From an uncultured Spirochaetota bacterium (lineage in GTDB: Bacteria; Spirochaetota; Spirochaetia; SZUA-6; CAVTHK01): a DNA stretch of 64,000 bases. The notes under the pieces are model-generated. The model saw only the letters and a program-made list of their open reading frames with translations, was not told the DNA's origin and searched no databases. Positions 13,301 through 21,697 of this stretch are shown here, one piece after another. A program made the position numbers and the translations under genes. Positions within the stretch are counted from its first letter, which is position 1. Each line of letters opens with the position of its first letter. Location of the stretch: NCBI GenBank assembly GCA_963734495.1, contig CAVTHK010000011.1, positions 416,001-480,000 of the forward strand, written 5' to 3'.

Positions 13301-16085
13301 GCCGGACGGTGACCATCACGCTCGGCGGCGACCGTCGTCGACGGCACGTTCCCCGCCGGCGTGTTTACCCCTGTCGCCACCTACGCCGACGCGCACGGCA
13401 ACATCGTGAGCACTGCGGTGACGCAGACTGCCACCGGGAGTTGGGACGGCACGGCGCCGCAGCTCGTGAGCGTCACGCTTGCCGATGCGGGCAACGCAGG
13501 CGCGGGTGTCGGCGACACGATCACGCTGGTCTACAACGAAGCGCTGTCTGCCGCCTCGATCAGCGCAGCTCTTGTGGGTGCTAACACCAATAACGCCCTG
13601 GCTGCGGGCAGCGGCAACATCACCGGCGCCCTGGCCGACATCATCGCGGAGCTGGGCAGCTTCGCCACGCCCACGACCGCGACGGCCAGCGGCGACGACC
13701 CTGACCCTGAGCGGCGACGGTCGCACGGTGACCGTCACGCTCGGCGGCACCATGGCGACGGTGTCTTCCCTGCCGGCCTGTTCACACCGACGGCCAGCTA
13801 CGCTGACGCGCACGGCAACGCCATCAACACAGCCGCGACGCAGACTGCCACCGGCACGTGGGACGCGACGGCGCCGCAGCTCGTGAGCGTCACCCTGGCC
13901 GACGCGGGCAACGCCGGGGCTGGGGTCGGCGATACGATCACGCTGGTCTACAACGAGGCGCTGTCGGCCTCCTCGATCAGTGCCGCTCTGGTGGGCGCCA
14001 ACACGAACAACGCTCTGGCTGCGGGCAGCGGCAACATCACCGGCGCTCTGGCGGACATCATCGCCGAGCTGGGCAGCTTCGCCACGCCCACGACCGCGAC
14101 CGCAAGCGCCGCCACCCTGACCCTGAGCGCCGATGGCCGCACGGTCACGATCACGCTCGGCGGCACCGTGGCTGACGGCGTGTTCCCCGCCGGCGTCTTT
14201 ACGACGACGGCGAGCTACACCGATGCGCACGGGAACGTTATCAACACCGCGGTGACGCAGACGGCCACGGGCACGTGGGACGGGACCGCGCCGCGGCTGG
14301 TGAGTGTGACGCTGACTGATGTGGGCAACGCAGGGGCGGCGCCCGGGGACACGATCACGCTGGTCTACGACAAGGCGTTGTCCGCGTCCTCGATCAGCGC
14401 GGCGCTCGTTGGGGCGGACACCAACAACGCCCTGGCTGCAGGCAGCGGCAACGTCACCGGCGCGCTTGCCGACATCATCGCCGAGCTCGGCAGCTTCGCC
14501 ACCCCGACCACGGCTACAGCGACTGCGACCGTTCTGACGCTGAGCGCCGACGGGCGCACAGTGACCATCACCCTCGGCGGCACCGTGATCGACGGCACAT
14601 TCCCCTCGGGAGTGTTCACCCCGGCCGCCACCTACACCGACACCCACGGCAACACCGTGAACACCGCGGTGACGCAGACGGCAACCGGCGACTGGGGCGT
14701 CCGCCCGATGATCAGCTCCCTGACGACGGCCGACGTCGACGGCGACGGCTGGATCGATCGCCTCGTCGTGACCTTCAACCGCAACGTCAATCCGGCCACA
14801 ATAGTGTCGGCGCGGTTCTCCACCGATGTCGGCTCGGTCGCCGGTGTCACCAACGACGCGCCCGACGACCCGGCTGCGATCTGGGTAAACCTCGTCGACG
14901 GCGTGCTCGACACGGGTCGGACGCCTCGGCTCAGCATCGCAACCGACGGCATTCGCGACACCTTTGGCGTCCCCAACGGCGCGATCTCTCTCCATTTGTC
15001 GGTGGACAACGCCCGGCCGGTCATCCTGTACACGCTGGCCGTCGCGGGCCAGAGCAGGATTGCGGTGCATTTCTCGGAGGCGGTGAGCCACACGCTCGCG
15101 GCCGATTTCACGTACAGCGGCGCGCCGAGCGTTTCGAGCGTGCCCACGAACGGAACGCCTTCCTACATGATCGTTCTCACCGGCGCGATCCCGGAAAGCG
15201 ACATCACCGGCGCCGTGCCTGCTGACGATCACGATCAACGCGATGGTCGTCGATGCGGTCGCCCTCTCGGTGGATGCCGGCGGGCCGCAGCCACAGGGTC
15301 TCGGACCTCGGGCTCGGCATCATCGCCCCGGTCTGGGCCAGGTCCTCGCAAGGTTCCGGAGAGACGCTGACGATCTTTGACGGCACCCGGGGCGTCATGG
15401 CGGGCGACATATCGCTGCAGGCGACCGTGCGCACGGTGCCCCCTGCGGCTTCGCCCACGTACGCAGGCGCTGCCGTGACCACGGCTTATCCGACTGTTGA
15501 CCTTCTGTACGACGTCGACGCGGCTGCGGCCTACGTGTCGAACGGCCTGTGGCTGCCGGCGGCGGTCCCGGGCCTGGTGCCTGCCGCGAACCCCGCCGCG
15601 CGGACACTGTCGCAGGCATCGTCGCTGAACGCGCTGCGAGATTACCTGATCCCCAGCACCGACCCGGAAGTCCGCGCGGGATCCGAAATCCAGTTCTTCT
15701 TCGGGGTGGGCGGCCTGGTGCATGCGAGAGTCGCCAATCCCGTGGACCCCAACTCCATCGGGCCATGGAGGTTGCCGCTCGAGGCACTCCGCACGAGCAG
15801 CGAGGCAAGGTCACCATCGCCAACAACGTCGTCAATCCGACTGCGGGCGAGACGACGCGGCTGACGGTCGCGCTCGAAGAACGGGGGAGCCTCTCGGTGA
15901 CAGTGTTCGACCTCAAGGGAGACATCGTGCAGGTGCTCTTCCGCGGGACCGCGGAGCGCGGCGAGCACGTGTTCGGCTGGGACGGCCGCAACCGGGGTGG
16001 CCGTGATGTCGCCCGCGGGATCTACTTCATCAAAGTCGTCGCTCCCGGAGTCGAGGAGATCCGCAAGGTCCTGATCGTGAAGTGA
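1392..16085 (+). CDS. Giant secreted/surface adhesin-like protein: 3x DUF2341-LamG, LamG, 18x 139/140-aa Ig-like repeats, C-terminal FlgD-Ig domain (reconstructed across frameshifts; true start uncertain, between about 1392 and 1750)
   Basis: ORFs 1392-9527, 9539-, 9765-, 13000-, 13361-, 15253- and 15549-16085 join through single-base indels at about 9506, 9521, 9765, 12981, 13330, 13691/13755, 15220-15285 and 15790. Signal-like LTLLLFLATSVPSVMA-QSW. DUF2341 motifs (W..RQKITIN, DILFT..DG, HEIE, AWV, YMYYGN). LamG motifs (WHHVA, G.IDE.R.S). C-terminus VFDLKG..V..L...WDGRN..G..VARGIYFIKV...IRKVLIVK. Confidence 0.85.
7170..14695 (+). repeat. 18 tandem intragenic repeats of 417/420 bp (139/140 aa)
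   Basis: The 'VYNEALS' anchor recurs at 7256, 7673, 8093, 8513, 8930, 9347, 9770, 10190, 10607, 11024, 11444, 11861, 12278, 12695, 13113, 13531, 13948 and 14365. Confidence 0.97.
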
Positions 16086-16202
16086 CCCCCGGGCCGGTGG
16101 ACCCTGCCAGGCGACTCGCGCAGACTCGCGAACGCGGGTTTGCAGCCGGCCCGGGCCGATGCTACGCTTGAGACACCGCTCGAGACAGCGAGGAGGTCAC
16201 TG

Positions 16203-17204
16203 GTGTCGCATCAACCCGTCCCCAAGCTCGCCGGCATCAGCCCCTCGTCCTGGGAGCACCCCGCCGACAAGGCGGCGTTGAGCGTCCTCAGGCAGACCGG
16301 AGGCCTCGGCGACATCATCAAGATGATCGTCGGGGGCACCACGGAGAAGTCGATCCGCCTCCTGCACATCGCGTCCTCGGTCAAGGTGGGCCCCAATCAG
16401 TTCCCGAGGATCAAGGGGCTCCTCGACAAGGCCGCGGAAGTGCTGGACTCGCCCTCCGTTCCCGACGTTTTTGTCGTGAACGATCCGCGCTTCAACGCAG
16501 GCGTTGCCGGCGTCAAGGAGCCCTTCATCGTGGTCCACTCAGGCCTCCTCGCCTCACTCGACGACGACGAGCTCTACTGCGCTCTCGCGCACGAGCTGGC
16601 GCACATCCTGTCGGGGCACAGCGTCTACAAGACGGTCCTCTGGGTCCTGCTCCGGATTTCACTCAGCGCCATCCCGATCGCCGGCCTTCTCATCAAGCCT
16701 CTGGTCCTCGCCCTGCGCGAGTGGGACCGCAAGAGCGAGCTGACTGCCGACCGCGCGGCGCTGCTCGCGTCGCAGAGCGAGCAGCCGAACTACAACCTGC
16801 TCATGAAGGCGGCAGGTGGAAGCGACCTCTCGCAGATGAACGCCAACGACTTCTTTCAGCAGGCCTGGGAATACGAAAACCAGAAAGGCCTCCTGGACGG
16901 CATCTTCAAGATCCTCAACACAGCCTGGGAGAGTCACCCTTTCGCCGTCGTGAGACTGCAGGAGCTGCGGTCCTGGGCGGCATCGGGCGCATACCAGTCC
17001 ATCCTCGGCGGCGATTACGTCAGGCGCGACTCCGAGAAGCGCGACGCCTCCCAGGACGCGAGCGAGGCCTATCAGCACTACAAGACCACCGTCGAACAGA
17101 GCGACGATCCCGTGATCAAGGCGGTCCGAGGGGTCGGCAGCGCTCTCGGCGAGGCGACGAAGGGCGTGCGTGACGCCATCAAGGAGATCTTCAAGAATCC
17201 GTGA
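16203..17204 (+). CDS. M48-family (HtpX/Ste24-like) zinc metallopeptidase
   Basis: AHELAH (HExxH), RKSELTADR and ESHPFAVVRL motifs. AGGAGG RBS before GTG 16203. TTGCAG-17-TACGCT promoter-like element upstream. Confidence 0.88.
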   Translation: MSHQPVPKLAGISPSSWEHPADKAALSVLRQTGGLGDIIKMIVGGTTEKSIRLLHIASSVKVGPNQFPRIKGLLDKAAEVLDSPSVPDVFVVNDPRFNAGVAGVKEPFIVVHSGLLASLDDDELYCALAHELAHILSGHSVYKTVLWVLLRISLSAIPIAGLLIKPLVLALREWDRKSELTADRAALLASQSEQPNYNLLMKAAGGSDLSQMNANDFFQQAWEYENQKGLLDGIFKILNTAWESHPFAVVRLQELRSWAASGAYQSILGGDYVRRDSEKRDASQDASEAYQHYKTTVEQSDDPVIKAVRGVGSALGEATKGVRDAIKEIFKNP

Positions 17205-17295
17205 GGACGGTGATCGACGGCCGCATCGCGCGCTTTTCGTTCGCCGGGAATTCAAGGTGAAGGCGGCCGCCGTGCGACTCTCTCGATGCGCAGCG

Positions 17296-17769
17296 TCAGC
17301 GCGGCAGCCAGAAATTGCCCGAGACGGCGAGCAGCGCCTGCATGGCGATCGTGTGACCGTAGTATTCGCTCTGAGGGTTCGCGGGATTGAAACAGCCCGG
17401 ATTGCGCGGATTCGTTTCGGGGTTCACCGCGATCGCTTCCCACAGCCTGTCGAGCCAGGCCTGATGGGCGGGATCGATCATCGTGCTTACAGCAAAGGGC
17501 GCGGCGAAGCAGAGCTCGTCGCGCAGAACCGGATCCGCGATCCGCTTCCCGTTGCGGGTGCCGACGTAGTAGCCCTGGCCGCTCACGCAGCGATAGCCGG
17601 GCGTTCCCGGGCGCCTGCGCACGTTCATGCCTGAGTCCCGTTTGAGCCACTCGTTCGTCCGGTCCAGCATCGGTTTGAGGCTCGAATCGCCGAACATCAC
17701 ATAGTCGAGCGAGAGACGCCACGGCGTCCTGCTGCGCGGGAAATCGCCGCGCGCTCCCGCGGGGCTCAT
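17296..17769 (-). pseudogene. C-terminal fragment of a GH8-like glycoside hydrolase (chitosanase/glucanase type)
   Basis: RTPWRLSLDY, FAAPFAVSTMIDPAHQAWLDRLW and EYYGHTIAMQALLAVSGNFWLP resemble the GH8 C-terminal helices. The catalytic N-terminal part is absent, with only about 45 bp to the upstream gene. Confidence 0.55.
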
Positions 17770-17814
17770 GTCTGGGCTTCTGTCGCCTCGCGGCGTCGAT
17801 CGGTGTCCATCGGC

Positions 17815-18255
17815 TCACGCGCCGACGACCACCTCAGCCTCGAGCGTGACCTGCGTGTTCATGGATCGCGAGATCAGGCACAGCTGCTCGGCCCGCTCCA
17901 GGATGCGCTTCGCGCGATCGGCCGCGGACGCGTCGGTGATGACCAGGCGGGGGCTGATGACGATCTTCGTGACCCGATACCCCTGCTCGGTCTTCTCCAG
18001 CAGCCCCTGGGCCCTGGAGCTGTACTCGCGAAACGCGAGCTTGGAGTTCGCGGCGATGGCGAGAAAGGTGGTCATCAGACATGCCTCCGCGGCTGCCACG
18101 AAGAGGTGCTCCGGCGACCAGAAGCCCGGGTGGCCTCCCGGAAACCCGGGAGGGGTGGCGACATCCAGCTGTGGAAGGCCTTCGGCGGACAGTGTTCCGC
18201 GCCGCTCAGAAACCCAGCGCAGGCTGGTGCTGTACGTGTGGCTCTCTTCGGCCAT
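17815..18255 (-). CDS. OsmC/Ohr family peroxiredoxin-like protein
   Basis: WSPEHLFVAAAEACLMTTF and AEQLCLISRSM give the two conserved Cys. GAGGAG RBS before ATG 18255. Confidence 0.88.
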   Translation of the reverse strand: MAEESHTYSTSLRWVSERRGTLSAEGLPQLDVATPPGFPGGHPGFWSPEHLFVAAAEACLMTTFLAIAANSKLAFREYSSRAQGLLEKTEQGYRVTKIVISPRLVITDASAADRAKRILERAEQLCLISRSMNTQVTLEAEVVVGA

Positions 18256-18477
18256 CGCTTTCTCCTCGGCGACGCGGCCCGCGCCGCCACGTTCGGATCG
18301 CGACAGTGTGCCCCGGGAGCGACCTCCGTGTGAAGAGACGGGTGCCGGCGGCTGGCCCGGGCAGCCGGGTGCGACGGGCGGAGCCGGCGCTCTGCGTGGT
18401 GCGGTGCCGTGCGTTTGCCGCGGGACGGGCAGGCGATGTAGAGTTATAGTAGCCCCAGGGGGAAGCACGGAGGGGCC

Positions 18478-18585
18478 ATGCCGCAGATCGCGGCCGCGGT
18501 CGTCGGCCTGCTCAAGCTGATCGTGCTCTCGGGAGAGCTTCCCGTGGCGGACGACCTGCCGCCCCCTGGCGCTCTGATCCTGTAG
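18478..18585 (+). CDS. Putative 35-aa small protein
   Basis: GGAGG RBS, then ATG: MPQIAAAVVGLLKLIVLSGELPVADDLPPPGALIL*. A TATAGT -10-like box lies at 18445. Confidence 0.35.
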   Translation: MPQIAAAVVGLLKLIVLSGELPVADDLPPPGALIL

Positions 18586-18611
18586 AGAGCGGTGCGGTCG
18601 TCGGAGTCAAC

Positions 18612-18989
18612 GTGGTAAGGATTGTCATCAGTATCGTCCTGCTCATCGCTCTCTGCGTGCTCGTCGTGCTCAACCTCGAATACAGGACCTCGATCAACCT
18701 CTTCTGGGTCCGCTTCGACCAGGTGTCCGTCGTGGCGATCGCCCTGGTGAGCTTCGTGTTCGGCGTGCTGTACTCGTTCTTTCTCTACGCGACGCGCTAC
18801 TTCGTCGGCCTGAGACGCAACTCGCTGCTCGCCCGGAGCCAGGACCTCGCGCAGCGCGAGCAGGAGGCCGTCGCGAGGGAAAAGGAAGCAGCGAGGCAGG
18901 TCGCACAGGGTTCGGATGCGGCCCCTGCGACGGAAGGCGCAGGACAGGACGCCGCCCCGCGCAAACGGAGACGCCTCTCGCGCCGCTAA
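18612..18989 (+). CDS. LapA-like (DUF1049) small two-TM membrane protein
   Basis: Two hydrophobic segments separated by NLEYRTSINLFW, followed by a charged coiled-coil tail. GGAG RBS. Confidence 0.65.
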   Translation: MVRIVISIVLLIALCVLVVLNLEYRTSINLFWVRFDQVSVVAIALVSFVFGVLYSFFLYATRYFVGLRRNSLLARSQDLAQREQEAVAREKEAARQVAQGSDAAPATEGAGQDAAPRKRRRLSRR

Positions 18990-19001
18990 GGCGCCGGCAG
19001 C

Positions 19002-19790
19002 TCAGGGCACGCTGTTCCCGACGGGCGCGAGAGGCTGCTCCCTGAAAGCGGCGACGAACGACACGATCGAGGCGACGGCCCGCTCGATGATGGCGCGCCC
19101 CTTCTCCGCGGTGGCGCCGGTGGGATCGCCCCAGCCTCCCAGGTCGCAGAAATCAGAGAAATCAGGATAAGTGAAGAAGGGCCCCCCGGCGAGCGCCGTG
19201 TAGGCGCCGTGGAATTGCAGCGCTTCCCGGGGCGCGCTCCATTCCGCACGGGCGACGTCCACCAGGTCGGGTCTCAGCGCCATGATGACGCTCGCGATGA
19301 CTTCGCCGCCGTGCCCGGTGGGGTGGGCCGTCGGGCCGGCGATCCCCTTGGAAGCGGCAAACGCGGCCTGCCACCACATCGCCTGGGCCACGGGGACGCC
19401 GCGGGCGCGCAGGGTCCGGCCGCACGCGTCGATCGCGCGCATGTTCATCATGTGGGTGTTGAGGAACAGCAGCCGGCGCACGCCGTCGCGCACGAGCGAG
19501 GATGCAACGTCCAGGTAGAGAGCTTTCAGAGTATCCGGGTCGATCGTGATCGTGCCGGGCCAGAACCGCAGCTCCAGCGCGTCGCCCACGGGGATGACCG
19601 GCGCGACGAGGCATCCCGTGGTCTCCCCGAGCCTTCGCGAAATCGCGTCCGCTACGAACGAATCGCATCCGAGCGGGCCGTACGTCCCCAGCACTTCCGT
19701 CGATCCCACAGGGATGATCGCTGTGTCCGTTTCGGCGAGGGCGGCTTGGAACTCGCGGCTCGTCATCTCGCTCATCACCACCCGCTTCAT
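19002..19790 (-). CDS. Creatininase/creatinine amidohydrolase family protein
   Basis: EMTSREF, AIIPVGSTE..G..GPLGCD, LFLNTH..N, GHGGE...S, GGWGDPTGATAEKG. ATGA overlap with the upstream gene's stop. Confidence 0.85.
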   Translation of the reverse strand: MKRVVMSEMTSREFQAALAETDTAIIPVGSTEVLGTYGPLGCDSFVADAISRRLGETTGCLVAPVIPVGDALELRFWPGTITIDPDTLKALYLDVASSLVRDGVRRLLFLNTHMMNMRAIDACGRTLRARGVPVAQAMWWQAAFAASKGIAGPTAHPTGHGGEVIASVIMALRPDLVDVARAEWSAPREALQFHGAYTALAGGPFFTYPDFSDFCDLGGWGDPTGATAEKGRAIIERAVASIVSFVAAFREQPLAPVGNSVP

Positions 19791-20840
19791 GGGGTCTCCG
19801 CGGAAACGGCGACCGGTTTGCCGGTCGCGGCGGACTGCTCGATCGCGAGCGCGATCGCCATGGAGTTGCATGCGTCGAGAACATCCGAGAGCACGGGGGA
19901 GCCGCCCAGGATGGCGTCCACCAGGTTGTCGATCTCCTCGCGGAACGGGTGATGCGTCACCGCCCCGGAGTTGATGGTCGGGGTGGCAATCGTGACAAAG
20001 TCGTTCTGCTCGGGGAACAGCAGCTTCGAATAGATGCGATTGTCCCGGATCGCGCCCCGGGTCCCGAGGAGGTCGATATTCATCTGGTAGGGGAAGGCGA
20101 CCCCGTCGAGCGACGCCGAGAGCTTGCCGACGGTCCCGTCGGCGAACTTGCACCGCGGCCACCAGCGTCGTCGGGTAGTCGAAGTCCTCCCGGGTGCCGC
20201 ACCGATAGGCGCTCACCTCGGCGACCTCGGCCCGCTTGAGGTGGCGTGCGAGGTCGGCCGCGTGGCAGCCGCCGGTGATCATCGCGCCCCCGGCGAACTC
20301 GCGGCGGCGGATCCACTCGTAGCTGGCGAAGGTCGGCTTGATGCCGTGCCAGTAGTCGACCTCCGTGTAGTAGATGTCGCCGATCGCCTTCTGATCCAGC
20401 ACCGCCCGCAGGTTCCTGACCATCGGGTGCCAGCGCGAGACGAAGCTCACCACGGACCGCGTCGTCGCGGCCCGCGCCGCGGCGCGGAGGTCCGCGAGCT
20501 CCTCCCACGTGATGGCAGGCGGTTTCTCGAGGATGAGGTGCTTGCCCGCCCCGAAGGCGGCGATCGCCTCGCGCGCATGGAGGTGGTTGGGCATGCAGAT
20601 CGACACGATGTCGACAGACCCGTCGTCGAGCATGTCTTCGTAGCGGTCATAGATCTTCGGGGCGGGCCCGCTCTGCGGCGCCATCGCGCGGGCCAGCGCC
20701 TCCGATCGCTCCCGCCGCCGGCTCGCCACCGCGGCGAGGCGCAGGTGCGGGTTGGCCGCAATCGCCTTGGCGTGCTCGTAGGCGACCTGTCCGGCGCCCC
20801 TGATTCCGACGCCGAGCACCCGTTCGCTGTTGCCTGCCAT
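19787..20840 (-). CDS. Gfo/Idh/MocA family NAD(P)-dependent oxidoreductase (frameshift at about 20151)
   Basis: VGIRGAGQVA, ICMPNHLH, GKHLILEKP, GGAMITGGCH. The C-terminus continues in frame 19787..20083. Confidence 0.88.
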
Positions 20841-20846
20841 CTCTCG

Positions 20847-21611
20847 TTACACCATTTCCAGGAGGTTGTAGATTTCCAGGCTGTACCGCCCGAACTCCGG
20901 CGAAGTGCGGACCTCGAGCGTCCGCGGCCGCGGGAGGTCGATGTCGAGCGCCTTGATCATCCGGGACGGCCGCGCGGAGAGCACGACCACCCGGTCGGAG
21001 AGGAACACGGCTTCGCCGATCCCGTGGGTCACGAAGAGCACGGTCTTGCGCGCCTCCTGCCAGATGCGCAGCAGCTCCAGGTTCATGCGCTCGCGGGTCA
21101 AAGCGTCGAGCGCGCCGAACGGCTCGTCCATCAGCAGCAGCTTCGGGTCGTGGATCAGCGCGCGCGCGATGGAGACCCGCTGCTGCATCCCGCCCGAGAG
21201 CTCCTTGGGGTAGCTCTTCTCGAAGCCCTTGAGGCCGACAAGCTCGAGCAGGTCCATTGCCTTGCGCTCGAGCGCGGCCCGATCCATCTTCAGGATCTCG
21301 ATAGGCAGCAGGACGTTGTCGAGGACCTTGCGCCAGTGCAGGAGCAGAGACTTCTGGAACACGAACCCCACCTCGCGGCCCGGGTCGAACTGCTCGCGGT
21401 CGACCTGGATCTCGCCGGCGCTCTGCTCGAGGAGTCCCGCGACGATCTTGAGCAGAGTGGTCTTGCCGCAGCCCGAGGGGCCGACGAGGCTCACGAACTC
21501 GCCGGGGAAGACGTCGAAGGTCACGCTGCCCAGCGCCTCGAGCTCCCCGTCCCGGGTGCGAAAGGTCTTCTTGAGACCGCGGATCGAAAGAAGCGGTTTC
21601 CTGTCGGCCAC
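20847..21611 (-). CDS. ABC transporter ATP-binding protein (TauB/SsuB/NitT type)
   Basis: GPSGCGKTT, LSGGMQQR, LLMDEPFGALD, FVTH. Confidence 0.95.
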   Translation of the reverse strand: MADRKPLLSIRGLKKTFRTRDGELEALGSVTFDVFPGEFVSLVGPSGCGKTTLLKIVAGLLEQSAGEIQVDREQFDPGREVGFVFQKSLLLHWRKVLDNVLLPIEILKMDRAALERKAMDLLELVGLKGFEKSYPKELSGGMQQRVSIARALIHDPKLLLMDEPFGALDALTRERMNLELLRIWQEARKTVLFVTHGIGEAVFLSDRVVVLSARPSRMIKALDIDLPRPRTLEVRTSPEFGRYSLEIYNLLEMV

Positions 21612-21697
21612 GAGGTCTCCTCGGCTTGAGCCTGCGGAGGGAGCAGCTGCCGCGCGGCGTCGCGAGGACGCGCGCCGCGCGGCAGCCTTCCTTCATT

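Noticed and set aside
7256-14631. Series of 68-105-aa minus-strand ORFs (…VVGVAKLPSS…ADSASL)
   Set aside because: Antisense shadows of the coding repeat, each ending at the TAG complementary to gtCTAc.
7170-14695. CRISPR-like or DGR-like periodic array
   Set aside because: The period is 417/420 bp and in-frame coding, with no repeat-spacer structure. Differences are mostly synonymous rather than adenine-specific, and no cas or reverse transcriptase gene is present.
9500-15800. Programmed frameshifting or phase variation in the giant gene
   Set aside because: The indels are not in long homopolymers or slippery heptamers, some cancel each other locally, and the same kind of indel occurs throughout the window.
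19002-20840. Apparent Gfo-creatininase fusion (612 aa)
   Set aside because: Created by one indel at about 20151. The real Gfo C-terminus is in another frame and stops at 19787, overlapping the creatininase ATG.
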